Below are positions 8,650 through 17,547 of a stretch of 32,837 nucleotides of DNA, one piece after another. A program made the position numbers and the translations under genes. The stretch comes from a virus: the IMG/VR virus record IMGVR_UViG_3300024581_000808, positions 1 through 32,837 of that record, one strand, 5' to 3'. Below the pieces are notes generated by a model. The model searched no databases and had not been told where the DNA came from. It saw only the letters and a list, made by a program, of their open reading frames with translations. Within the stretch, counting starts at the first letter, position 1; each line of letters begins with the position of its first letter.

Positions 8650-9564
8650 GAAAAACTACAAAACATTGAACTAACAATAGGAGATGAACAAGAAGATGGA
8701 GTATTCGCTGTATCACTTGTTGAAAAACCTGCAATAGAAAAGGACTTTATTGCATTATCTAAAGAAGAAATTAAGCTAAAAGTTATTGATGAAGATAAAC
8801 GAATAGTTGTAGGTTTTGCATTAGTTCCTGATAAGAAGATTTATAGAAGAATTAAAGATAAGGAATTTAATGTGTTCTTTTCAAAAGATACTGTTAGAAA
8901 AGTTTCTGAGTTATATATGAAGAACTTAAACCTTAATAAATTCACAGTTGAACACGAAAAGAATGTTACAGGAGTGAATGTTATCGAATCTTGGATAGTT
9001 GAAGATCCTAAAAACGATAAAGCTAATTTATACAACTTAGAGCCTAAAGGTGGCGAATGGGTAATGATGTCAAAGATATACAACGATGATGTATGGAATG
9101 ATATTAAGAACGGAGACTACAAAGGATATTCTATTGAGGGTAAATTTGATGGTTTACAAGATTTAGAAATGAGCGATGAAGTAGAATTAAAAAGCTATAA
9201 CGACTATCCAAAAGCAGCAAGTAATAATGCAAAGACAGCATTAAGATATGCAGAAGAGAATGGGTGGGGTTCTTGTGGTACTTCAGTAGGTAAACAAAGA
9301 GCAAACCAATTAGCTAAAGGGGAAGCGATTTCAGAAGAAACTATTTCAAGAATGGCATCATTTGCAAGGCATAAACAAAACTCAAAAAAAGATTTAGGAG
9401 ATGGTTGTGGACGTTTGATGTGGTTAGCTTGGGGAGGCGATGCAGGAATTAATTGGGCATCTCGTAAGTTAGAGCAAATCAAGAAAGAGAAAACAAAGTT
9501 AAGTGAAGATAGTGAGCGTGAAGAAACTATTGAAGCAATTAAAGACTTTTTAAAAAGTATATGA
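8647..9564 (+). CDS. Putative XkdF-like prohead protease with a C-terminal W/G-rich domain (305 aa)
   Basis: The N-terminal half (VSLVEKPAIEKDF, VVGFALVPDK, TVEHEK, IESWIV, GYSIEGKF) resembles XkdF-type phage proteases as I recall them. The C-terminal LMWLAWGGDAGINWA domain is a pattern common at the ends of phage head-maturation proteins. Confidence 0.5.
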   Translation: MEKLQNIELTIGDEQEDGVFAVSLVEKPAIEKDFIALSKEEIKLKVIDEDKRIVVGFALVPDKKIYRRIKDKEFNVFFSKDTVRKVSELYMKNLNLNKFTVEHEKNVTGVNVIESWIVEDPKNDKANLYNLEPKGGEWVMMSKIYNDDVWNDIKNGDYKGYSIEGKFDGLQDLEMSDEVELKSYNDYPKAASNNAKTALRYAEENGWGSCGTSVGKQRANQLAKGEAISEETISRMASFARHKQNSKKDLGDGCGRLMWLAWGGDAGINWASRKLEQIKKEKTKLSEDSEREETIEAIKDFLKSI

Positions 9565-10352
9565 GTAAATTTAACTTTACACAAAGGTATTTAGATAGTG
9601 CATCTATAGATGATACAGATGGTGTTATTTTAGATGTAGTTGGTAGTGATGTACCTAAAAGAGTACCTTATAATAACTTTATTACTTCAGGTAGTGGATA
9701 TTGTGGTTACTCACATACAGGTGCATTTGCAGGTAAACCATTATCAAACAATTATGTATGGGAAGCAGGGTCTGGTATTAATTACACTCAAACCGATGTA
9801 GATAACGCATTGTACAAAGTTCTATCATTAGATAATGCAGTTCATTTAGCAGTAGATAATCCTTATTGGACTACACCTGATGTTACAGGAGAGCCTAACG
9901 TAGGTTTATTTAATGGATATGCTTTACCTCCAAATGTAGACAGTTTATTTGATTACACTTATGACTTTGATACTGAATATCCATCTTCTACAGGTACAGG
10001 ATTTGAGGGTTCAACAGGTAGGATAAAATTGAATGATTTGCAGTATGGAGACCAATTAAGAGTAAGGTTTGATTTTAACGTTATTCCACAAATAGCAAAT
10101 ACAACGATTGAACCTGCTTTATGGTACAGTAATAGAGATGATAATGATAACATCACATTTACTTTTCCTTTAACAACATCTCCTGTATTTTTTGGTGGTG
10201 GTACTGTAGGAAACACTTACTTAAATAGGGTAGAAATATCTGCGTGGGTAATAAGTAATGAAGATGTAAATGCTTTAACACTACCTGCAATTAAATCAGA
10301 TAATCCTATAATTATACAACCTTTAGGGTTGTTAGTAACTGTAATTAGATAG
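9561..10352 (+). CDS. Hypothetical virion protein (263 aa)
   Basis: ATGA overlap with the upstream gene. G/Y/N/T-rich composition. Confidence 0.5.
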   Translation: MSKFNFTQRYLDSASIDDTDGVILDVVGSDVPKRVPYNNFITSGSGYCGYSHTGAFAGKPLSNNYVWEAGSGINYTQTDVDNALYKVLSLDNAVHLAVDNPYWTTPDVTGEPNVGLFNGYALPPNVDSLFDYTYDFDTEYPSSTGTGFEGSTGRIKLNDLQYGDQLRVRFDFNVIPQIANTTIEPALWYSNRDDNDNITFTFPLTTSPVFFGGGTVGNTYLNRVEISAWVISNEDVNALTLPAIKSDNPIIIQPLGLLVTVIR

Positions 10353-10353
10353 T

Positions 10354-11616
10354 ATGAGTATAAAGATAAAAAGAAACGAGGCAGGGAATTGTATTACATT
10401 TGAGGGTAGTTCAAATCCTGTGTATTGGAATAGCTGTCTAAGTGGAGAGATAGATTCATCAGATAATACTTTAGTCAATGTAATAAATGATATTAGGACT
10501 GCACAAAGTGGTACACCATTTTATGAGTTTTTCAGAATACCTTACACAGATTTTTTAGATGCAGATGGTAATTCATTTTCTAATGCTCAAGATTGTGTTG
10601 ACTACATTAATCAAGAAGCTAATGTTTTAGAAGCTACATTAGCAGGTTTTTTAAATTTAGAAAATGTTTCAGGTACAAATGATAAAGTTGATTTAACAAG
10701 TGTAACAAGTCAAGAGAAAATTGGAGGAGGTATAAAATTTACAGCAGGTAGTAACATTCAATGTGGACAGCCTGTATTTTACAATTATAGTTCTACAGGT
10801 GTAGTTACAGCAGTATCAGCAGGTACTTTACCATTACAACACGATTACATAGGAATAGCTTTAAAAACAGTTACAGCAGGTGAATCAGTAAACGTATTAA
10901 CTAAAGGTTTAGTAACAGCAAGAAGAGATACAACTTATTTAACATCAGCAGAAACTGTAATTCTAAACAATACATCAAATAACACTACAAGGAACTTGAC
11001 TAACTCTACAACTTTTGTAGATAGTGGAGATACAGGTGGGGATTACACGAGTAACGAAAACTATAGTATCACTTTTGATGCACAAGCAGGTTACACAGTA
11101 GATATGATAGTTAATGATTTTCAGTTTGAACATACAACGTATAGAATGTACGACAGGTTAGGTATTCAAGGGTCTAATGATGGTGTAAACTTTAATAATT
11201 TAAGTGTACAATGGTTACAAAAATCAGCTACATCTACACCTACTTGGAGTACATCGTTTTATGGTAGTAATGCTTGGAATAGTACAGGTGCTGATAATGG
11301 TTATATTTTACCTAAAGATACATCTAGAGCAATTTTATTATCAAGTGGTACGTTCCCTGTAACAGTTAATACAGGTTATAGATATATAAGATTTTATTTT
11401 AGGTCAGATAGTAGTGCTAATGATGATGGATGGGACATTACATTACAACCTAACACACCTTATTCTTCAAACGTAGAATCAGTTGCAGAGGGAACTACGT
11501 TATATTTAGATAGTACAGATTTCACAAAAGTAACCACAGATGATACATCTCAAATAGTTGTAGGTTATTGTGCCTATAATGATGCTGCGAATGATAGCAT
11601 ATTTTTAAGAATATAA
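10354..11616 (+). CDS. Putative tail fibre or receptor-binding protein (420 aa)
   Basis: N/S/T/G-rich, beta-type sequence. Contains a jelly-roll/CUB-like stretch YSITFDAQAGYTVDMIVNDFQFEHTTYRMYDRLGIQGSNDG. Confidence 0.4.
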   Translation: MSIKIKRNEAGNCITFEGSSNPVYWNSCLSGEIDSSDNTLVNVINDIRTAQSGTPFYEFFRIPYTDFLDADGNSFSNAQDCVDYINQEANVLEATLAGFLNLENVSGTNDKVDLTSVTSQEKIGGGIKFTAGSNIQCGQPVFYNYSSTGVVTAVSAGTLPLQHDYIGIALKTVTAGESVNVLTKGLVTARRDTTYLTSAETVILNNTSNNTTRNLTNSTTFVDSGDTGGDYTSNENYSITFDAQAGYTVDMIVNDFQFEHTTYRMYDRLGIQGSNDGVNFNNLSVQWLQKSATSTPTWSTSFYGSNAWNSTGADNGYILPKDTSRAILLSSGTFPVTVNTGYRYIRFYFRSDSSANDDGWDITLQPNTPYSSNVESVAEGTTLYLDSTDFTKVTTDDTSQIVVGYCAYNDAANDSIFLRI

Positions 11617-11627
11617 ATTAATAAAAA

Positions 11628-12071
11628 ATGAGAATACAAGATTTAACAGAATTAACAAGTTTAGCAGATACTGATTTAATAGTAGTAGATGACTATCAAA
11701 GTGCAGGAGTTTACAAAACTAAAAAAATAACGGTTGCTAATTTAAAGAGTGAGTTAGGTTTACCAAGTAGGGTATTATATGCAAATCTTAATCAGTCAGG
11801 AACTGATGCGCCTACTATGACAGTAATTAAAAATACTTTAGGTTACACACCTACGTTTACTTATGATGGTGTTGGTGATTATACTATGAGTTTTAATGAA
11901 GCTATAAGTGCATCAAATGCTATTTTAACAGCAGGTTATAATATATACCCTTACATTACAGCTATACGATTATCGGGTGGTGGTGTTAAGATAGACACAT
12001 ACAGACGTTCTTCGGGTACAGCAGACGGAATATTAGTTAACGCATCAATTAAATTAGAAATATATGAATAA
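11628..12071 (+). CDS. Virion protein with a tail-fibre-type N-terminal anchor motif (147 aa)
   Basis: The N-terminus MRIQDLTELTSLADTDLIVVDDYQSAGVYKTKKITVANL parallels that of ORF 17548..18036 and the common phage fibre/spike N-terminal pattern. Confidence 0.45.
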   Translation: MRIQDLTELTSLADTDLIVVDDYQSAGVYKTKKITVANLKSELGLPSRVLYANLNQSGTDAPTMTVIKNTLGYTPTFTYDGVGDYTMSFNEAISASNAILTAGYNIYPYITAIRLSGGGVKIDTYRRSSGTADGILVNASIKLEIYE

Positions 12072-12252
12072 AAAAGTAAGCCCAAAAGGAGGGAAAAGAG
12101 GGTGCTTGTGTAAAGATGGTAAGTACTCTAAAAAGTGTTGTGATGGAGAGTTAAAATCTCAAGGAATAGGCAACATTACAAGTACAGGATTAGAGACTGT
12201 GACACAAACAGAAGTAAACGGAACTCGCTCAAGAACAAGGGTTTCAGGTTAG
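12064..12252 (+). CDS. Small basic Cys-rich protein (62 aa)
   Basis: KGGKRGCLCKDGKYSKKCCDGELK. Overlaps the upstream gene by 8 nt. Confidence 0.5.
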   Translation: MNKKVSPKGGKRGCLCKDGKYSKKCCDGELKSQGIGNITSTGLETVTQTEVNGTRSRTRVSG

Positions 12253-12276
12253 AAATTACAACAAAAATTAATAAAT

Positions 12277-12292
12277 AGGTTATATAAGTATG
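12277..12292 (+). promoter_or_regulatory. Conserved pre-start motif AGGTTATATAAGTATG
   Basis: Same spacing as the copies at 2181, 8634 and 14556. Confidence 0.4.
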
Positions 12293-12892
12293 AAAAAGGA
12301 AGTAATAGAAGCAATTAACACATTAAAAGTTTTCTTAGGAATGGAAAAACAAGAAGAGGTTGTTAAGTTAGCAGAGCAAATGAAGTTAGACAACGGTACT
12401 ATTATCGAAGTTGAATCTTTAGAAGCAGGTGCTGCTGTAGCAATCGTAAATGAAGATGAGCGTATTCCTTTACCAAAAGGAGAGTATTCATTAGAAGATG
12501 GTCGCGTTTTAGTGGCTAATGAAGATGGTGTTCTTTCTGAGGTTAAAGAGATGGAAGCTGAAAAAGAAGAAGAAAAAGAAATGAAAGAAGTAGAAGAAGA
12601 AGCTCCAATGATGAGTGAAGAGCCTGTTAAAGAGGCTAAGAAAGTAGTAGAATCTACTGTTAAAGAAACTTACTTTGAAGAGATTGAAAAGTTAAAAGCT
12701 GAAAACGAAGAGTTAAAAGCTAAAATAACTGAACTTTCAAAAGTAGAAGAAGTTAAAGAAGAAGTTGAACTTTCTGAAGAGCCTAAACCAATCAAAGCTA
12801 ATCCTGAAAACAAAACAGAAAAGGAAGCTATCAGATTTGGTAAACAAGGTAAATCAAAGATTTCATCAATTTTAGAAAAAGTATATAATTAA
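12290..12892 (+). CDS. Putative scaffolding protein (200 aa)
   Basis: Very acidic, E/K-rich helical sequence lying immediately upstream of the major capsid gene. Confidence 0.6.
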   Translation: MKKEVIEAINTLKVFLGMEKQEEVVKLAEQMKLDNGTIIEVESLEAGAAVAIVNEDERIPLPKGEYSLEDGRVLVANEDGVLSEVKEMEAEKEEEKEMKEVEEEAPMMSEEPVKEAKKVVESTVKETYFEEIEKLKAENEELKAKITELSKVEEVKEEVELSEEPKPIKANPENKTEKEAIRFGKQGKSKISSILEKVYN

Positions 12893-12905
12893 TAATTAAA
12901 TAAAA

Positions 12906-13859
12906 ATGGCAACAACAACATCAATTACAACATCTTATTCAGGTGAACATAGTGGAAAATGGATTTCTGCTGCTTTATTATCAGGTGTAACTTTATCAAA
13001 TGAGTTAATCACAATTATGCCTAATGTTAAATTTAAATCAGTAGTATCTAACTTAGTTAGTGCATCAGGTTTAGCAGACGCATCTTGTGACTTCACAGCT
13101 ACAGGAACAGTTACTTTAACTGAAAGAATTTTAGAGCCTAAGTCTTTACAAGTAAATAAGCAACTTTGTAAAGCTGATTTCAGAGACACTTGGCAAGCAA
13201 TCGAAATGGGTTATTCTGCTCACGATGTTTTACCTAAGTCTTTCGCTGATTATTTATTAGCACACCAAGTAGAGCAAGTTGCTGCTGACATCGAACAGCA
13301 CATTTGGAATGGAGATGCAGGTAACTCAGGAGAGTTCAACGGATTTATGACATTGTTAACTACAGATGCTGATTTACCAGCTGCTCAAGAGGTTGCAGGA
13401 ACTACTTTAACTGCTGCTAACATTATCACTGAAATGGGTAAAGTTGCTGATGCTATCCCTTCAAGATTATACGGTAAAGAGGGATTAAGAATTTACGTTT
13501 CTCAAAACGCTATGAGATTATACGTTAGAGCATTAGGAGGATTCGGAACTTCAGGATTAGGTGCTAACGGTGTTGATGGTAAAGGTACTTTATGGTATCA
13601 AGGTGGTGAATTAATGTTTGACGGTATCCCAGTAGTAGTAGCTAATGGATTGACTGCTGACCAAATGTTAGCTTCAACTAAAGAGAACTTATTCTTTGGA
13701 ACTGGTTTACTTTCGGATCAAAATGAGTGCAAATTGCTAGATTTAAGTGATATTGACGGTTCAGAAAATTGTCGTATCATTATGAGAATGACAGCAGGTG
13801 TTCAGTACGGAAATGTTTCTGATATCGTAACTTACGGAATCACTAACTCTGCTAACTAA
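12906..13859 (+). CDS. Major capsid protein (HK97-fold type, 317 aa)
   Basis: Follows the scaffold-like gene, has a typical size, and is followed by a strong intrinsic terminator. The A/G/T-rich composition is typical of capsid proteins. Confidence 0.7.
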   Translation: MATTTSITTSYSGEHSGKWISAALLSGVTLSNELITIMPNVKFKSVVSNLVSASGLADASCDFTATGTVTLTERILEPKSLQVNKQLCKADFRDTWQAIEMGYSAHDVLPKSFADYLLAHQVEQVAADIEQHIWNGDAGNSGEFNGFMTLLTTDADLPAAQEVAGTTLTAANIITEMGKVADAIPSRLYGKEGLRIYVSQNAMRLYVRALGGFGTSGLGANGVDGKGTLWYQGGELMFDGIPVVVANGLTADQMLASTKENLFFGTGLLSDQNECKLLDLSDIDGSENCRIIMRMTAGVQYGNVSDIVTYGITNSAN

Positions 13860-13882
13860 TATTAATAATAATTAATTGAAGA

Positions 13883-13910
13883 GGGGAGGTAAAGTGCCTT
13901 CCCTTTTTTT
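13883..13910 (+). terminator. Intrinsic terminator after the capsid gene
   Basis: Stem GGGGAGG / CCTTCCC (one G-U pair), 7-nt loop, then T7. Confidence 0.8.
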
Positions 13911-13934
13911 GTATAACTTTAAAAATATTTAAAA

Positions 13935-14480
13935 ATGGCTTGTTTATTATCTATGGGTAGAGCTGAATCGTGTAAAGACTCAGTAGGTGGATTAAAGAAC
14001 ATCTACTTTGCAAACTTTGACATTGAAGCTTCTGATATTACCTACGATGCAACAGATACTGATTTGATTACAGCAATTACAGGTATTTCAAACCTTTACA
14101 AATTTGAATTGAAAGGTAACTCTACATTCGTTCAAAATATTAACTCATCAAGAGAAAATGGTACTACTTTCTTTGAGCAAGTATTATCATTAGAATTGAA
14201 GAAGCAAGATGTTGCTACAACAAAAGAAATTAAAATACTTTCTTACGGACGTCCTCACGTTATCGTGGAAGGGAATGATGGTCAATATTTCATTGCAGGA
14301 TTGTTAAGAGGAATGGATTTATCGGCAGGATCTATAGAGTCAGGAGCATCACTTTCTGATTATAATGGTTATAAAATTACCCTAACTGGGCAAGAAAAAA
14401 CACCTGCAAATCACTTAGACTGTACAACTGAAGCTGCTTTAATCACTTTGTTTGATACAGCAACAATCGTAACTTCATAA
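13935..14480 (+). CDS. Abundant virion protein candidate (181 aa), possibly the major tail protein
   Basis: A monocistronic unit bracketed by two intrinsic terminators directly after the capsid gene. Confidence 0.4.
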   Translation: MACLLSMGRAESCKDSVGGLKNIYFANFDIEASDITYDATDTDLITAITGISNLYKFELKGNSTFVQNINSSRENGTTFFEQVLSLELKKQDVATTKEIKILSYGRPHVIVEGNDGQYFIAGLLRGMDLSAGSIESGASLSDYNGYKITLTGQEKTPANHLDCTTEAALITLFDTATIVTS

Positions 14481-14500
14481 TTACTCATAATTGTTTGTTT

Positions 14501-14530
14501 AGCCCTCACTTTAGTTAGTGGGGGTTTTTT
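14501..14530 (+). terminator. Intrinsic terminator
   Basis: AGCCCTCAC-tttagtta-GTGGGGGT followed by T6. Confidence 0.8.
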
Positions 14531-14555
14531 ATTTAAAAACAAAATAGCAACATTT

Positions 14556-14571
14556 AGGTTTATATAGTATG
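14556..14571 (+). promoter_or_regulatory. Conserved pre-start motif AGGTTTATATAGTATG
   Basis: Same spacing as the copies at 2181, 8634 and 12277. Confidence 0.4.
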
Positions 14572-14988
14572 ATAGTATTAACAACATCTACAAGTTTACA
14601 AAGTTTTAATTTTATTCCAAGAACAGGAACGCAACCAACTGTTATGTTAATTACAGATGAAGAAACTAATACAACTGAAAATGTAACCATTTCAAGCTAT
14701 GTAGTAGATACTTACTTTGATACTATTACAGCTACTTTTAACTTAAAAGAGGGTAGGTATTACACAGTAAGATTGCAAAACTTTGATAGTGATGAGTATT
14801 TACAAAGTGATGATTTCAGTTTCTTATTGACAAGTCAAAATGATAGAATAGGAATTGATGGTTACGATGGTACAACTGAGGTTATGTATGTAGGTAAGAT
14901 ATTCTGTACAGACCAAACTACAGATTATTCAGTTAATAGTGGGCAATACCAACAGAAGAACAGCACAAATGACTTTTTATATTTATAG
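14569..14988 (+). CDS. Hypothetical virion protein (139 aa)
   Basis: ORF between a terminator and the portal gene. No motif recognised. Confidence 0.5.
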   Translation: MIVLTTSTSLQSFNFIPRTGTQPTVMLITDEETNTTENVTISSYVVDTYFDTITATFNLKEGRYYTVRLQNFDSDEYLQSDDFSFLLTSQNDRIGIDGYDGTTEVMYVGKIFCTDQTTDYSVNSGQYQQKNSTNDFLYL

Positions 14989-14991
14989 AAT

Positions 14992-16743
14992 ATGAGTGAT
15001 AATTTAAAGATATTTTCGTTAGCAGAACACGAAAGACCTGAGATAATAGAGGATAAAAGAAAAGACTGGGTAACTTGGGGAGATGAAAATAGCTATTTCG
15101 AGTATTTAATGGATAGATACAAGAATAGCACAACCAACAATTCCATAATTAACTCTATTGTTAGGTTAATGTATGGTAAAGGATTAGGAGCAAAAGATGC
15201 TAATCGTAAAACAGAAGAGTATGCACAGATGATGTCAATTTTTAGTAAAGTTGACGTTAGGCAAATGTGTTACGATTTAAAACTATTTGGTAAATGTGCT
15301 ATTCAAGTACATTATTCTAAGGATAGAAAAAAGGTAGCTAAAGCATATCATATACCTGTTAACTTGTTAGCACCTGAAAAGTGCAACGAGGATGGAGATA
15401 TAGAAGCTTATTACTATAGTGATAATTGGCACGATGTAAGAAATTACGAGCCTAAAAGAATACCTGCATTTGGCACTTCAAAAGAAAGTGTGGAAATACT
15501 TTATGTACAGCCTTATTCAGCAGGAATGAAATACTTTGCTCACGTTGACTATCAAGGTGGTGTAGATTACGCTTTATTAGAAGAAGAGATTGCAGATTAC
15601 TTGATAAATGAGGTTCAGGGATCTTTTTCTGGGAGGATGTTAATCAATTTCAATAATTCCAAGCCCACTGATGAACAACAAAACTTAATACAATCTAAGG
15701 TTATTCAGAAGTTAACAGGGAGCAAGGGACAAAAAGTAATAGTATCTTTTAACGATGATAAAGATAGTGCTACAACTATTGATGATATACCTTTAAATGA
15801 TGCAGCAGAGCAGTACTCTTATTTGAGTGAGGAGGCTATGAGAAAGATAATGTTATCACATTCGGTAACATCTCCGTTAATCTTTGGTATTGCATCGACT
15901 AATGGATTCTCAAGTAATGCTGATGAGTTACAAAATAGTTTTGTGTTGTTCGATAATATGGTAATTAGACCATTTCAGGAAATGTTATTAGATGCTTTTG
16001 ATGAGGTGTTATCGTACAATGGTATTAAGTTAGATTTATACTTTCAAACATTAAAACCTTTAGAGTTCGGTACTGATGAGAATAGTCAAGAGGTTAAAAT
16101 GTCAAGTGAAGAAGTTGAAGAGAAGTCAGAACTTGAGTTGTACTTAGATGAAATAGGAGAAGATATTACAGATGAATGGCAGTTAGTTGATGAAAGGGAT
16201 GTTGATTACGATTTAGAAGATGAATTAGATGATGAATTACTACCTAAAGAAAGTTTATTATCTAAAATAGTGAATTTTGCATCCACAGGTACTGCAAGAC
16301 CTAGGTCTAAAAGTTTTCAAGACCAAACTATAAAAGGTGTTAAATGGAAAGTAAGATATCAATATGCAGGTAATCCTAACCCTGAAAGAGATTTCTGTAG
16401 ATTAATGATGAAATCTAAAAAGGTATATAGAAGAGAAGATTTAGAAAATATGAACTCTAAACTTGTTAATCCTGGATTTGAACATAATGATGAGGCATAC
16501 AATGTGTTTCTTTTTGCAGGTGGTCCACGATGCAGACATTACTTCAAAAGATTAACGTTTGCGAGTGTTGAAGGTGGTGATGTTGATGTAACAAGCCCAA
16601 ACGCTAAAAAAGTAGGGACAGCAGCAGCAGCAAGAAGAGGATACAAAATTACTAATCCTTATCAAGTAAGAGTGCCTAAAAACAACTTACCTTTGAAAGG
16701 GTTTCATCCAAACAATAAGAATTTACCATCAGACGTGAAATAA
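14992..16743 (+). CDS. Portal protein with an acidic linker and a C-terminal MuF/SPP1-gp7-like domain (583 aa)
   Basis: The N-terminal ~370 aa has a portal-like pattern (WVTWGDENSYFEYL, DYQGGVDYALLEEEI, VTSPLIFGI). An acidic linker (DELDDELL) follows. The C-terminus FCRLMMKSKKVYRRED...GGPRCRHYF resembles the head-morphogenesis (Phage_Mu_F) signature. Confidence 0.65.
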   Translation: MSDNLKIFSLAEHERPEIIEDKRKDWVTWGDENSYFEYLMDRYKNSTTNNSIINSIVRLMYGKGLGAKDANRKTEEYAQMMSIFSKVDVRQMCYDLKLFGKCAIQVHYSKDRKKVAKAYHIPVNLLAPEKCNEDGDIEAYYYSDNWHDVRNYEPKRIPAFGTSKESVEILYVQPYSAGMKYFAHVDYQGGVDYALLEEEIADYLINEVQGSFSGRMLINFNNSKPTDEQQNLIQSKVIQKLTGSKGQKVIVSFNDDKDSATTIDDIPLNDAAEQYSYLSEEAMRKIMLSHSVTSPLIFGIASTNGFSSNADELQNSFVLFDNMVIRPFQEMLLDAFDEVLSYNGIKLDLYFQTLKPLEFGTDENSQEVKMSSEEVEEKSELELYLDEIGEDITDEWQLVDERDVDYDLEDELDDELLPKESLLSKIVNFASTGTARPRSKSFQDQTIKGVKWKVRYQYAGNPNPERDFCRLMMKSKKVYRREDLENMNSKLVNPGFEHNDEAYNVFLFAGGPRCRHYFKRLTFASVEGGDVDVTSPNAKKVGTAAAARRGYKITNPYQVRVPKNNLPLKGFHPNNKNLPSDVK

Positions 16744-16744
16744 A

Positions 16745-17245
16745 ATGGCAGAAGTATTATTAATAGAAAGAGCAGACTTAGTTAAGTTCACAGTTGTAGA
16801 CGGAAATGTCGATACAGACCGTTTTATCCAATTTATCAAAATCGCCCAAGATATACATATCCAATCGTATCTCGGAACTGATTTACTTAACAAACTAAAA
16901 GCAGACATTGAAGCAGGTACACTATCAGGTAACTATTTATCTTTATTAGAAAATTTTGTGAAGCCTATGCTTATCCATTGGGCTATGGTGGAATATTTAC
17001 CATTTGCAGCTTATACAGTAGCTAATAAAGGAGTGTACAAACATACATCAGAAAATTCATCAGATGTATCAAAAAACGAAATAGATTTTTTAGTAGAAAA
17101 GCAAAGGATAACAGCAGAGAATTACTCACAAAGGTTTGTAGATTACATTTGTTTTAATACAGCTTTATTTCCTGAGTACAATACTAATTCAGGAGCAGAT
17201 GTTTATCCTAAGTCAAATTCAAATATAGGAGGTTGGTATTTATGA
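16745..17245 (+). CDS. Putative head-tail connector/adaptor (166 aa)
   Basis: Directly downstream of the portal gene. Helical N-terminal pattern (IKIAQDIHIQSYLGTDLLNKL). Confidence 0.35.
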   Translation: MAEVLLIERADLVKFTVVDGNVDTDRFIQFIKIAQDIHIQSYLGTDLLNKLKADIEAGTLSGNYLSLLENFVKPMLIHWAMVEYLPFAAYTVANKGVYKHTSENSSDVSKNEIDFLVEKQRITAENYSQRFVDYICFNTALFPEYNTNSGADVYPKSNSNIGGWYL

Positions 17246-17337
17246 AAAGGTATAAGATGAAACAAAACGACATTAAGAAGCTAGAGAAATATTTAGTAAA
17301 AATGTCACAACAAAAAGACACTAAAAAGGTTAATTAA
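17242..17337 (+). CDS. Small basic ORF (31 aa), below the ORF-track cutoff
   Basis: MKRYKMKQNDIKKLEKYLVKMSQQKDTKKVN. ATGA overlap at 17242..17245, and its stop lies 2 nt before the next ATG. Confidence 0.4.
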   Translation: MKRYKMKQNDIKKLEKYLVKMSQQKDTKKVN

Positions 17338-17339
17338 AT

Positions 17340-17543
17340 ATGTGGGGAGAAGCAGTATATAATACAATAGGTTTTGGTAAACAATCAGATGATGGAGATA
17401 ACATTATTGATGAAGCTGAAACATTACTTTTAATAAGTGAAGAAGATGAAACTGCTGTATCTGAGGACTTATCTATTGATTTAGGAGGATGGGGAGCAGC
17501 ATATGATAATAGTTGGTTTGGATTAACAAAATACGAAAGATAA
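17340..17543 (+). CDS. Small acidic hypothetical protein (67 aa)
   Basis: Plus-strand ORF, preferred over the antisense ORF 17330..17569. Confidence 0.5.
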   Translation: MWGEAVYNTIGFGKQSDDGDNIIDEAETLLLISEEDETAVSEDLSIDLGGWGAAYDNSWFGLTKYER

Positions 17544-17547
17544 AAAA

